A DNA stretch of 64,000 nucleotides from Octopus sinensis (GCF_006345805.1 NC_043009.1:9052001-9116000); one strand, 5' to 3'; numbered from the stretch's first letter, positions 12,876 to 25,303 are shown. The notes: generated by a model from the sequence alone, not told the origin. A program made the numbers and translations.

Positions 12876-13292
12876 AAAGAGAAAAAAGACTGTTGTGTGT
12901 GTGTTTGTGTCTCCTGTCTCAACACTGCATAAAAGCTGTAAATGAGTGTCTCTGTCATACAAAGAGTGTAATTCATTTCCAGTATTCTGCAAAATCATGT
13001 CTGGTCATGGAGAAATATTACCTTGCTCACAAGCAGGTGAGGGTTGGCAACAGGAATGGCATCTGGCTGTAGAGAACCTGCCTCAGTAAACTCTGTCCAG
13101 TTCCTGTAAGCATGGAAAAGCGAAAATTGAAATGATGAAGATGAGGACGACAACGATGATGAATCATGAATTTCTAGCCTAATATATTTATTTATTCAGA
13201 TATTTGTAAATAAGTAGAGATTAATTCTTCCTTTGCCGAGTGAAACTATTTATTGTGATAAAGTATTCTAAAAACAATTTTATCTGTTTCAG

Positions 13293-13379
13293 CTGGGTAA
13301 GTGGAGTAGACTGTGTGAAAAACCCGTACGTGTGGGCTTGTTGTTTACGTTACCTTTACAACAATTCTTTAAATCAACG
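13293..13379 (+). CDS. STIL: STIL coding exon
   Basis: tttcag|...CAACG|gtaagt. WVSGVDCVKNPYVWACCLRYLYNNSLNQR matches STIL WLSG...VWACCLRYIFNSSVQER. Confidence 0.95.
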
Positions 13380-13468
13380 GTAAGTTTTACTTTCTCTCTC
13401 TCGTTTGCAATTAGCTACATTCTACAGAACACAGGACTGTTCTTTATACCGGCTTTTTTACATTACAG

Positions 13469-13613
13469 AGTATGCTTGCCTCCACATCGTTTTATGCTGT
13501 TGCTGTATTGTCTGCAAGGAAACAAGATTGAATTCTATGAATGTGGTCTTCTCAACGAGAAAGAAAAAACACATGAAATGGATGCATTTTGTGGTAGTAA
13601 AACTGTGAGACTG
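13469..13613 (+). CDS. STIL: STIL coding exon (3' end either 13604 with GT donor or 13613 with GC donor)
   Basis: ttacag| VCLPPHRFMLLLYCLQGNKIEFYECG...FCGSKT(VRL), resembling STIL FIIVLYS...PEFYEC. Both candidate donors are phase 0, as the next exon requires. Confidence 0.85.
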
Positions 13614-13694
13614 GCAAGTATATTTCATTTTTGAGAAACTAGTATCTTTTTCCACAGCATGGAAGACAAATATTAGTCATTTGATGGCACACAA

Positions 13695-14246
13695 AAACTG
13701 CTAATTAGTAATTGGTGCTAGCGGGGTGCAAAGAGCACCAAAAGAGCACCATACGAGTGTGATCGTTGACAGAGCAGCTAACTAGCTTCCGTGCCAGTGG
13801 CACATAAAAGGGCACCATTCGAGTGTGATCGTTACCAGCGTCGCCTTACTGGCACTTGTGCCCGTGCTAGTAGGATGCCAGGAGCACCATCTGAGCGTGA
13901 TTGTTGCGAGAGCAGCCAACTGGCTCCGTGCCGGTGGCACGTAAAAGGGCACCTTTTGAGCGTGATTGTTATCAATGTCACCTTACTGGCACCTGTACCA
14001 GTGGCATGTGTAAAAAGATTTGAGTGAGGTCATTGCCAGTACCGCCTGACTGGCCCCGTGCCGGTGGCACATAAAAAGCACCCACTACACTCTCGGGGTG
14101 GTTGGCGTTGGGAAGGGCATCCAGCTGTAGAAACTGCCAGATCAAGATTGGAGCCTGGTGCAGCCATCTGGTTTGCCAGCCCTCAGTCATTCGTCCAACC
14201 CATGCCAACATGGAAGGCGGACGTTAAACGATGATGATGATGATGA
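13695..14246 (+). mobile_element. family A retroposon, long copy
   Basis: Repeated gtggcac(a/g)taaaag units, core and (GAT)n tail. Confidence 0.8.
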
Positions 14247-14440
14247 ATCCTGCTTTAATAACGAAGTGGGGTTGTTCAGTGAAACATTGAGTTATATACT
14301 TCAAAATTAAGGACTTGTAGGGACCATAATATACTACAAAGTATATCAAATGAAGCATCGTTACATATCAGTGCTGGCTATAATTTCTATGGAAAATCTG
14401 TAGAGATAACCGTAACAAATGATTTTATGGCACTGCTAAC

Positions 14441-15105
14441 ACAGTAGAACACAGTTCTGTCTTTAAGAGATGAGGAATTATGTACATTATTTACATTTGA
14501 CGGATATTTGTCCTCATCTTGTTTGTTGTTAACATAATGTTTCGGCTGATATACCCTCCAACCTTCTTCAGGTGTCTTGGAGAAATTTCGAACCTGGGTT
14601 CTCATTCCACGGGTATATGGTGTAGTGGTTAAGAGCGTGGGCTACTAACCCCAAGATTCCGAGTTCGATTCCAAGCAGTGACCTGAACAATAACAATAAT
14701 AATCATCATCATCATCTAACATCCGTTTTCCATGCTAGCATGGGTTGGGCGGTTCAACCGGGGTCTGGTAAGCCATGGAGGCTGCACTAGGCTCCAGTCT
14801 GGTTTGGCAGTGTTTCTACAGCTGGATGCCCTTCCTAATGCCAACCACTCTGTGAGTGTAGTGGGTGTTTTTTACGTGTCACCGGCACAGGGGCCAGACG
14901 AGGCTGGTAAACGGTCACAATCGGTTGGTGCTTAATTATAATAATAACATCGAAAGCTACCTTAGGAATGAGAACCCAGGTTCGAAATTTCCCCAAGACA
15001 CCTGAAGAAGGCTGGAGGGTATATCAGCTGAAATGTTGTGTTAACAACAAACAAGATGAGGACAAATATCTGTCAAATATAAATAATGTACAGTAGAACA
15101 CAGTT
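14441..15105. mobile_element. element with 128-bp inverted arms (14481-14608 / 14965-15092), central tRNA-like head and a nested family A copy (14702-14932, minus)
   Basis: Arms are reverse complements; A box tggtgtagtggtt, B box gagttcgattcc; 16-bp direct repeat acagtagaacacagtt at both ends; each arm holds a hammerhead-like motif. Confidence 0.75.
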
Positions 15106-15422
15106 TTGATTTATAAGATTTGGATGTGTTGTTGATGAAGGAGCAAGAACTCCTGAAACATGGCATATACACCCATTGCCCATTTCTCATCTTCAATCTC
15201 ATTGTTGTTTACATCAGGCATATTCAGATATGAAACATCATAACAAATCAGTGATGGTTGTAATTTCTACAGAAAACCTGTAAAGATAACCTTAACAAGT
15301 GATACTGTAAAATATCTAACCTAATTCTTTGTTTCTGAACCACGTTAACTTCTCCCTGTGAGAAACTATTTAAATATAGTTTGTGTTTCTTGCTAATATT
15401 GTGGTTTTCCTCTTTTCTCTAG

Positions 15423-15526
15423 GATTTTGACCAGGATGGATTGGAAGTGGATCTGTCTTTATTGAAATATGGCATCAAAAAGAATAGAATAGACAGTGTA
15501 GCTGCCAGAGTGAGTGATAAATCAAA
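15423..15526 (+). CDS. STIL: STIL coding exon
   Basis: ttttctctag|GAT...TCAAA|gtaagt. DFDQDGLEVDLSLLKYGIKKNRIDSVAARVSDKSK; only the phase-0 frame is open. Confidence 0.8.
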
Positions 15527-15922
15527 GTAAGTCATTAGTCTCTTTGTTTTTTTTTAATGGTCTGTCTTTATTCAATGGTTTGAAAGCTATGTATCATGTT
15601 GTTGTGAGGGCCACATCAATATACACATACATGGTCACACACATGTATGTACATCCTTCATTTCTTTACTTGCATCCTCAACTTCTGATGGAGTCATAGA
15701 GGCCACTGTTGTCACATGCCATGTGTCTTGGGCAGTTTAAACCTGGCAGAACCAGGTCTGAATGAGGCTGATTTCTCTCAGATAGAATGATACAAGAGAG
15801 AGAATAGAAATTGACTCCAGTGCTGGACTGGACTGCTACAGTATTTATCAACACCAAAAGGATGAAAGGCAAAATTCACCTCGGAGTACAAAGAGCTGAA
15901 GTGAATTACAAGGCTGTCTGTC

Positions 15923-16060
15923 TATCATCATCATCGTTTAACGTCCGTTTTCCATGCTAGCATGGGTTGGATGGTTCAACTGGGGTCTGGGAAGCCAGAA
16001 GGCTGCGCCAGGCCCAGTCTGATCTGGCAGTGTTTCTACAGCTGGATGCCCTTCTGCCAA
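15923..16060 (-). mobile_element. family A 3' end
   Basis: (CAT)n followed by the reverse-complement core. Confidence 0.75.
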
Positions 16061-17652
16061 CTCACCAACTCTGTGTGTGTGTGTGTGTGTGTATGTGTGT
16101 GTATATAGATTTGGCTGTGTGGTTAAGAAGCTTGTTTGCTTCCTAACCATGTGGTCTTGGATTCAATCCCACTGTGTGGCATATTAAGTAAGTACCTTCT
16201 ATAGTCCCTGGCTGACCAAAACCTTATGAGTTGGATTGGAAGACAGAAGTGGAAGGAAGCCTATCGTATATGTGTGTGTATGTGTGATTTTTTTTGAAAA
16301 TGTTAAAATGTGATTTAAGAGAGATTTGGTTGTTGTTTCTAGTAGATCAAGCAACCACGTAGCAGCTCCCTTATTGATTTGTTTGGATGGAATTTGTTAA
16401 GGTGGAGTATTTTATATGGACTGACACCAATCCTTACTTATTTTCAAGCAAAGTAATGTTTACCCATTGGTGGATATGTCTTCAGGGAAGACATCAACTT
16501 GTGTGACATTGGTGCTTGTTATAATCATCACATGATGATTATAAGGAGACACATACACCCATGTGTACACATATATGTGTGTGTACATATATATATATAT
16601 ATCATTTGCCACTGAGCCTTTTTCTTTTTTCTCTCCCTGTTTATTTCTGTGTTCCTTTCTGTCAAAGAGCATAGGCTCAAAACATAAAAGACTTTCACAC
16701 TTCCCGAGCATTTAGCTGATACAGCTGTTTGTTGTCTACACACCCGTCTTTGTCTTTTGTTTTTTTGTAAAAATTCTCACTATATATATATATATAATAT
16801 ATATACATACATATATGTATGTATGTAATACCCACACACCCACACACATATATGTATGTATGACAGGTTTCTTTCAGTTTCTGCCTACCAAATCCACTTA
16901 CAGAGGTTTGGTCAGCTCTGGGCTGTAGTAGAAGACACTTGCTCAAGATAACATGCAGTGGAACTGAACCTGAAGCCATGTGGTTGAGAAGTGAACTTCT
17001 TTTAATCATACGGCCATGATTGATAAAATAATTTAAATTCAACTGAAGTAACTGAAATTTATAAACATTTGAAATTTATTGAAGCAGACTTTCTGTGGCC
17101 AGATATGCTTCCTGTCCCCAACCTTTGCCTGTTCCTAAGCAAGGCCTTATTTGTCTGTAGTCCTTTGAGTATGAACTGTAAAATGGTTTGACAGTTTCCA
17201 GGAATGACATTGCTTGTATGAAAGTGACATTTGTTTACAAATAGTGCACAATGTCAAGAAAAGGGGACAAACACCCATTCATGCACCCACTTACAGATGT
17301 GCACACACAGATGCAGTGGACTTGGATTTCATTCAGTTCCTGTTTATCAGATCCACTCATAGCTTTGGTTGACTTGGGGCTATAGTAGAAGACACTTGCC
17401 TAAAGTGCCACATAGACTGAACCAAATCTCACATGGTTACCAATTAAAACTTCTTTACCACATATCCATGCCTGACATGAAAGTAGCATAGAGTTAAGAC
17501 AATTTTAGCAAGAACAATTAGCTTTTTAGCTGTAGCTTTTGTTACTACCACTAAAATCGAATTGTAATTTTTACTTGTTTAATTTGTTTTTTATATCTAA
17601 TTAGTATTTAACTTAGTAAGAAACTCAATTTTCCACATTTATTATTTTTCAG

Positions 17653-17725
17653 AAGCAAGCCCAGTTCTTCATGTGTGAATGATGAAATGATTCCAAGAAC
17701 AATTCCTACACCTCATCAATCAAAG
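17653..17725 (+). CDS. STIL: STIL coding exon carrying the PRxxPxP (CPAP/SAS-4-binding) motif
   Basis: tttttcag|...AAG|gttatt. SKPSSSCVNDEMIPRTIPTPHQSK compared with human DEDFSPRPIPSPHP. Confidence 0.88.
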
Positions 17726-18075
17726 GTTATTAATTATTCTTCTCTATGTTCATTTACTTACCTTGTTGTTTAGCCCCAGGTGGTCAAACCTATGAGTGAA
17801 GGCAATCTACCATGACCATCCTATCTTTTTATATGCAGTTTATTTCAGATTACATATTCAATATTCTTCAGTCACTTTTTTGACCCTTTAGTATTTAAAC
17901 TGGCCATATCCCGCCCAAATATTCTACCTGTTTTATGTCCAAATCGGCCAGATCTTACCTCTCACACCTACCCTACAAAGTAATTCTAAAAATAAAGTCA
18001 CATCATCAAAATTTTGAAGCTACAAAATAATGCATTAAAAACCATTTAGCATTTAAGATTACTCTGTCCAATGTA

Positions 18076-18325
18076 AGTGGAGGCACGTGGTTTAGTGGTT
18101 AGGGTGTCAGCATCATGATCATAAGATTGTGGTTTCGATTCCTGGACCGGGCGACGCATTGCGTTCTTGAGCAAAACATTTCATTTCACGTTGCTCCAGT
18201 CCACTCAGCTGGCAAAAATGAGTAACGCTGTAATGGACTGGCGTCCCGTCCAGCTGGGAACACATATGCCGTTGAAACCGGGAAACCGGGCCCATGAGCC
18301 TGACTAGGCTTTAAAAGGGTGCATT
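18076..18325 (+). mobile_element. tRNA-derived SINE (distinct family D)
   Basis: A box tggtttagtggtt, B box ggtttcgattcc, body ...ttcttgagcaaaac...gatggactggcgtcccgtccag; a related head lies at about 19418. Confidence 0.7.
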
Positions 18326-18914
18326 TATTTTTTTCTGTCCAATGTAATGCTTATTGTTTTAAATTCTTCATGTATTATCTCATAGCTTTGAGTTTCCTGC
18401 AATGTGATTGCTTATGTTTAGAATAATATTGTAGGGTATGTGTGAGAGGGTGGATCTGGCTGGTTTGACTATAAAACAGGTAGAATACTTGGGCCTGATA
18501 TGGCTGGTTTAAAGGATAAAGGATTTATCCAAAACAATATGATGAAATGAGTATCGCATTTGCAGAGTAATCTAAATGCTAAAGGGTTAAAGACAGTAGG
18601 ATGTGATTCAAGAGAGATTTGTTTGCTATTTCTAGCAGGATGAGCAATCATACAGCTCGATCCCTCATTGACACAATTCATTTCCTTCTTTTATCTAATT
18701 GTGGAGGGATTCAGTGCCCTCTATTGAATTGCATTGTCTGAGTTTGACCCCTGACTCAGAATACTGTGTATGATTTCAAACCCTGGGCAGTAATCCAATT
18801 TCCCATTCCCAATCAAATTGACCTATGATCAAAGACATTCAAGTCATGACCATCCTGCCTGTATATCAAGAATTTCATTGTTCAATATATCCTTCCTTTT
18901 TATATAAAAGATAG

Positions 18915-19305
18915 GAGTGACTGTGTGGTAAGTAGCTTGCTTACGAACCACAAAGTTCCGGGTTCAGTCCCACTGCTTGACACCTTGGGCAAGTGTCTTC
19001 TACTATAGCCTCGGGCCGACCAAAGCCTTGTGAGTGAATTTGGTAGACGGAAACTGAAAGAAGCCCGTCGTATATATGTATGTATATATGCGTGTGTATG
19101 TTTGTCTGTGTTTGTCCCCCCAACATCACTTGATGGCCGATGCTGGTGTGTTTACGTCCGTATAGCTTAGCAGTTTGGCAAAAGAGAATGATAGAATAAG
19201 TACTAGGCTTACAAAGAATGAGTCCTGGGGTCGATTTGCTTGACCAAAGGCAGTGCTCCTGCATGGCCACAGTCAAATGACTGAAACGAGTAAAAGAGTA
19301 AAAGA
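18915..19305 (+). mobile_element. family B SINE, full length
   Basis: Matches the 8818 copy. Confidence 0.8.
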
Positions 19306-19751
19306 GTGTGAATTGATGGAGATATGATTGCTATTTCTAGGTGATTGAATGACTCTGTACAGACTCCATTGTTGTCTTACCAAGTGTATAGTGTTATATA
19401 CTGCTATATAAATGAAGGCACATGGCTTAATGGTTAGGATATTTGGCTCATGATCATATAGTTATGAGTTCAATTCCCGGCGGAGCGTTGTGTTCTTGAG
19501 CAAGGCACTTTATTTCATGTTGCTCCTGTCCACTCAGCTGGCAAAAATGAGTAGTACCTGTATGTTAAAGGGCCAGCTTTGTCACACTCTGTGTCATGCT
19601 TTGCCACTTCATAAGCAGTTGGACCCAGTCCCTCATCTGGGATTACCTTTGTTTTTTTTTCCTCCTACTAGTTATGAGGGAGGCTCTGCAAAAGGGTCAT
19701 GGCTGTTACCCTTTTATTTCATTTGATTAAGTAGTAAATAAAACAATATCT

Positions 19752-20070
19752 TTTATTTGTTTTATTCATTGGACTGTGGCCATGCTGGAGCACCACCTTG
19801 AAGTCTGGTACTTATTCTGTCTCTTGCTGGACCATAAACCTTTAGGGATGTAAACAAACTAACAATGGTTTTCAAGAGGTGGAGAGTGGAGGATAAAAGC
19901 AAAGAACCACACACACACAAAATGGGTTTCCACACAGTTTCCATCTACCAAATTTACTTGCATTGGTTGGTCTGGGGGTACAGTAGAAAACATTTGCCTA
20001 AGGTACCTTACAATGGGACTGAACCTGAAACAATTTGGTTGCAAACAGAACTTGTTAACCACACAGCCAT
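19752..20070 (-). mobile_element. family B SINE, diverged
   Basis: Reverse-complement match. Confidence 0.65.
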
Positions 20071-20211
20071 ACCTCACTGCCTTAATCATTAATTACTGTT
20101 TTTTTCAATTTTTTAAAATATATAATTAGAGGGAGTGGTGAAATTGATGTAGATGATGCTTCAGCTCAAACATCTTTATACCAATATGAGTAGGGACAGA
20201 AATCTGGAGGA

Positions 20212-20600
20212 GTAAGGCTGCGAGCTGGCAGAAACGTTAGCACACTGGATGAAATGCTTAGCAGTATTTCGTCTGCTGTTACGTTCAGAGTTCAAACTCT
20301 GCTGAGGTCGACTTTGCCTTTCATCCTTTCAGGGTTGATTAAATAAGTACCAGTTATGCACTGGGGTCGATGTAATCGACTCAATCCATTTGTCTGTCCT
20401 TGTTTGTCCCCTATGTGTTTAGCCCCTTGTGGGTAGTAAAGAAATAGATATTTCATCTGCTGTTACGTTCTGAGTTTAAATTCCGCTGAGGTCAACTTTG
20501 CCTTTCATCCTTTCAGGGTTGATAAATTAAGTACCAGTTACGCACTGGGGTCGATGTAATCGACTTAATCCCTTTGTTTGTCCTTTCTATGTTTAGCCCC
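20212..20600 (+). mobile_element. family C tRNA-derived SINE, tandem dimer
   Basis: aggc(t/g)gcgagctggcagaa...gagttcaaa...tttagccccttgtgggtagtaaagaaata; second unit starts at about 20445. Confidence 0.78.
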
Positions 20601-21400
20601 TTGTGGGCAATAAAGAAAAAAAAAATGAGAAATCAGGAGGAGTAGTTCTTGGATGGAATAAATGCGAAAAGCGTTGATAGACTGTCTTATCCAATCTGTC
20701 TTCTTGCGAAGATGAGCAGAGGCTGGAGAGAAGAAACAGCATGTCTTCTAGACAGTTGCTGCTGCTGTTGATGGTGCAGTGGTGGTGATTGTGGGTAGAC
20801 CCAGGCATTCCAACCATGACTGTCTTGTTTTTATCATATGTACAGAGAATCCAGGACTCTTTTATCGAATATATCCTTTTTCTAAAGCAGTGAGGGTGTG
20901 AGTTAAGGGACATTTGGCTGCTATTTCTAGCAAGGTAAGTGACTATGCAGAGGTTCCTTCAGTTTGTGTGAGACATTTGCCGCAGTAGAATTGAACTTTT
21001 GTCCACCTGGTTGAGAAGCAAGCTTCCTATCCCCATAGACCACCTTGTTTCTTCTGTGACACCATTGTTCATAATTTTATTGCCCTGTCCCTGTTATGGA
21101 TTTTCTGCCATCACAGTGAGACTTTGCTTGTTTATTTTATGTCACTTTGTTCATAATAGCATTGATGGGAAGATTACAAATACAGACATGTTCATATTGT
21201 TGGAGAGCAATTATTTTTACTGTTGGATGCTCGTGCTAATCATTCAGCTAACAAATCAACTTTACCTTTTTTTTTCTGTGTTGTCTCCTGCTATTGTTTT
21301 CTCAAAAATTAGCTACAAATTACCACACATTTCTGAATGGTTTAAAGGAGCAGTTACATGTGTTCTTACATCCGTGTATGAAACTATGGAACTCCTAGAT

Positions 21401-21601
21401 CAGTGGTTTTCAACCAGGGTTCCGCCAGTACAATGCAGGGGTTCCGCAAGAAGTTACAAAACTGCTAAAATCGGCAGTAATTTTTAATTTTCCTGTGCAG
21501 ATATGTGTGCATAAGACTATTAAATTATTGCACAGGGGTTCCTCAAGCCAGTGGAATGTTTCCTTGGGGTTCCGCTCCTGCAAAAAGTTTGAAAAGCACT
21601 G
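21401..21601. mobile_element. hAT (Charlie-like) MITE
   Basis: TIR cagtggttttcaa/ttgaaaagcactg; 8-bp TSD tcctagat/tcctagac. Confidence 0.8.
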
Positions 21602-22188
21602 TCCTAGACTAATGATGGGAATGTTGAAAGAGTGTAATGAGGCAGAGTGAAGCAAACAAAAATATTATTTATCTTTCTTGGGAAGACACACTTAAATGGC
21701 TTTAGAATATGCTTGTGCTTTTCACCCACAGATTCAGTCAGTCAGCTGTCATCTTCTGCCAAGCAATTGTGTCACATGATTAACAAAACAAGAAGACAAA
21801 AACAGACCCTATTGAATTTTTATTGATTTCTTACATAAGTTTTTCAGATTTATACGAAAGGGAAATGGAGACCATTCATGCCTTTATCTCTCACAAACAA
21901 GATAAATTGTTTAAAACATCAAATGTCTATGTTTTTGCTGCTCTATTTATGCATTTTTTTCTCATTATCAACAGTATTCATAAATGTATTATTAGCTCTA
22001 TAGATTTTTCTTTTAGTTGATGAACAAATGGTGGCTGTATTGTTCATGATTTTTTGTTGTTTTGTTGGGGCTTTATAATTGTAAGTGAAGTGAAACTATT
22101 CAGAGAATTGGAATATGTCCTTGGAATCAGTTTGTCGAGACTTTAATGCGAGTGCACAATTCTTAGTGTCCATTTGTAATGGATCTAA

Positions 22189-22239
<51 letters not shown>

Positions 22240-22242
<3 letters not shown>

Positions 22243-22580
22243 TGTGGTTGTATGGTAAGAAGCTTGCTTCCCAGCCACATGGTTCTGGTTTCAATCCCAC
22301 TGCGTGGCACCTGATTAAGTGTCTTTTACTATAGCCGCTGATCAACGAAGGCCTTGTGAGTAGATTTGGTAGACAGAGATTGAAAGAAGCCCATCATGTG
22401 TATGTTTACACCACTGATTGACAATCGGTGTTAGTGTGTTTATGTCCACATGGTTTGGTAAAAGTGACTGATAGAATAAGTACCAGCTTTAAACAAAAAT
22501 TGATTCACTTGATTAAAACAAAAATTTCTTCAAGGCAGTGCCCTAGTATGGCCACAGTCTAATGACTGAAACAAGTAAAA
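22240..22580 (+). mobile_element. family B SINE, diverged
   Basis: Head and 3' end recognisable. Confidence 0.65.
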
Positions 22581-23094
22581 GTCTCTTATTATAAAAGGCA
22601 GATTTTATCTGCCTCCCTTTGGGAGTTATACAAATCTACAATATAGGATTTCTTCAATTACAATTTACCTTGCATTTTTAAGAGTACAATGCATCGGGTC
22701 ATGCCAGGTCCAGTTTTTAAAATTTAAACTCCAGTTAAGCAAAATTTACAGAAAACTCACATTCTGGTGTGTGTGTCAAATGCTTTTCTTAGTCTGGTTT
22801 ACAGCACACGCAAATGCACACACACAGTGGGCAACGAATAAAATGAAAGTAATTGACTTACTGTAGTGAGTGATTCTTCCACTCTGCCTCCCACTTCCGC
22901 TTTCCACACAGACACGCAAATATATAAATAAAATTGTAAGCTAAGGTGCGTGTGTGTGAGTGGGTGTGTGTGGGTGTGCGTGTGTGTGTGTGTGTGAGGG
23001 TGCATGTGTGTGTGTGTGTGTGTGTGCGTGTGCGTGAGTGTGTAACAGGAAAGTTTTTTACGACGAATATAACACCTATATCCAAGTAGCAGAA

Positions 23095-23680
23095 AGATAA
23101 GACAGTAAGGTGTGATTTGAGGGAGATTTGGCTGCTATTTCTACCATGTCTAGCTGCCATGTAGGGGTCTCCCTCATAGGCTCATACATACATATATACA
23201 TAGATAAGACAGTAAGGTGTGATTTGGGGGAAATTGGCTGCTATTTCTACCATGTCTAGCTGCCATGTAGGGGTCTCCTCATAGGCTCATACATACATAT
23301 ATACATAGATAAGACAGTAAGGTGTGATTTGGGGGAAATTTGGCTGCTATTTCTACCAGGTCTAGCTGCCATGTAGAGGTCTCCCTCATAGGCTCATACA
23401 TACATATATACATAGATAAGACAGTAAGGTGTGATTTGGGGGAAATTTGGCTGCTATTTCTACCAGGTCTAGCTGCCATGTAGGGGTCTCCCTCATAGGC
23501 TCATACATACATATATACATAGATAAGACAGTAAGGTGTGATTTGGGGGAAATTTGGCTGCTATTTCTACCAGGTCTAGCTACCATGTAGAGGTCCCGCT
23601 CATTGGCTCATATATATATACATACATAAGACAGTAAGGTGTGATTTGAGGGAGATTTGGCTGCTGTTTCTACCAGGTCT
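23095..23680. repeat. tandem repeat, about 107-bp unit, about 5.5 copies
   Basis: agataagacagtaaggtgtgattt starts at 23095, 23202, 23307, 23414, 23521 and about 23624. Confidence 0.92.
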
Positions 23681-24045
23681 GTTAGGCCTTCTCATGTAAA
23701 CTCAAGCTTTCTCATGCCTTCAACATAAGACCAAAGCAGAGAATGTATTCTTTTATTCTTCTGCTTTTTCCAGCCATTGGTCTGTGGCCATGCTGGGGCA
23801 ATGCCTTGAAGAATTGTAGTTTAATGAATCAACTCCAGTTTTATTTTTGTAAGCATTGTACTTATTCTATCTGTTTCCTTTGTCAAACCACTAGGTGACA
23901 GGGATGTAAACAAACCAACATTCATTGTCAAGCAGTGGTGGAGGACAATCACAAGCACAGACACGCACACACACACACATACATGCATACACATATACAC
24001 ACATACATACATACATACATATATATATATGTGTGTATATATATA

Positions 24046-24370
24046 TTGCAGCGTGGAAGGTGTTTGTAAGCCATTTAAGAAACACACAAAAACCGTTACA
24101 TTCACTTCGACATTTAAATTTAATTTGCCAAAATATTTTCGTCGCTTTGAGACCGCGACCTGTTCACTGACAAAAATATCGTGCTAACAGGTCGCGGTCT
24201 CAAAGCGACGAAAATATTTTCACAAATTAAATTTAAATGTTAAAGTGAATCTAACGGTTTTTGTGTGTTTCTTAAATGGCTTATAAACACCTTCAACGCT
24301 GCAACTGTTTTCGTTCCAGCACATGATCTCAGATCAAGTCACTTGCTATGCAAGTACATCTCTGTAACTA
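24046..24370. mobile_element. foldback element, 119-bp inverted arms (24046-24164 / 24186-24304) plus 3' extension
   Basis: Arms are reverse complements; the right arm plus extension recurs at about 58126-58300. Confidence 0.8.
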
Positions 24371-24465
24371 TATATATATTATATATATATATATATGTAT
24401 ATTGGTAAAAACAGTAAGATAACAAAAGAAAGAAAGAGACCTCAATATTATGTAAATAGAGGAAA

Positions 24466-24860
24466 TCTTTATATATAAAAGTGAGGTTGTGTGTCTGTCT
24501 CCTACGATTTAGATTCCTAACTACTCCCACATTTTGCGGTGCAGTTTAACCAAAACCGGGTATCTTATAGTCGTGATTCATATCGACACCGTCTGGGTAT
24601 TATCGTGCGTCTACGATGAGTCTACGATTTAAAAAAAAATTTACCATCAATTTTTCCCATTTTTAATCCATTTTTGACATATATAAGGGAAGTAACTCTC
24701 TAAAATTTATTATTAAATCTCAGAACGTAAAAAGCTACAGTAACACCCCTCCCCCTTTGTGGTTAGCCATATTGAGATGGCTATTATACTTTACATCTCT
24801 AAAAATGCTTATATAATTATTTCCCTTACAAACCCGAGCAACGCCGGGCGATACTGCTAG
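24466..24860 (+). mobile_element. non-autonomous Helitron
   Basis: A|TC tttatatataaaa at the 5' end; subterminal hairpin cccgagcaacgccggg; CTAG|T at the 3' end. Confidence 0.75.
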
Positions 24861-25022
24861 TGTATGTATATATATATGTATATATATATATAAACCATTA
24901 CTTAATTTAAATTTAAATCCTGTATATATGTGGATCTATGTTGTATTGAAACATGTGGTCATTAAACAGCTGTCGAATCGTACTCCCTCTTCCTTTAGAC
25001 TCTATTCTTTCCTTTATATATA

Positions 25023-25234
25023 TGAGGTTGCTGAAAAGTTCTTGGCTTTAAAGTTATCACAAAAGGCCTGGTTGGAGGCCTACCCTTCTGAGTTCTTTTA
25101 CAGGGTTTAGAAAAACTGAAGGACCACTGTAATAAATGTGTGAATCTGAGAGGGGAATATGTTGAATGAAATCATAATTAAATGATCCTCCTATATTTTC
25201 AATTACCCAAAGCCAGGAACTTTCAGGACTTCCT

Positions 25235-25236
<2 letters not shown>
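25023..25236 (+). mobile_element. mariner-derived MITE retaining a transposase C-terminal remnant
   Basis: TA flanks; TIR gctgaaaagttcttggcttt/aaagccaggaactttcag; GLEKLKDHCNKCVNLRGEYVE* resembles the mariner terminus WxKCIxxxGDYVE. Confidence 0.72.

Positions 25237-25303
<67 letters not shown>

Noticed and set aside
14612-14685. tRNA gene
   Set aside because: A and B boxes are present, but the acceptor and T stems do not close and it is embedded in a repeat; it is a SINE-type head. The same applies to the heads at 18076, 47027 and 57448.
20999-21487. 162-aa ORF (likewise 10067-10510, 39973-40413, 46049-46510, 57007-57429)
   Set aside because: These run through MITEs, SINEs or microsatellites, have no protein-family features and no coherent exon structure.
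23095-23680. Regularly spaced repeats resembling a CRISPR array
   Set aside because: The whole 107-bp unit repeats with no unique spacers, the context is eukaryotic, and there are no cas genes.
24181-24225. Hammerhead-like GTCGC-loop-GCGAC-GAAA-ATATTT in the foldback arm
   Set aside because: There is no CUGANGA upstream in either arm.
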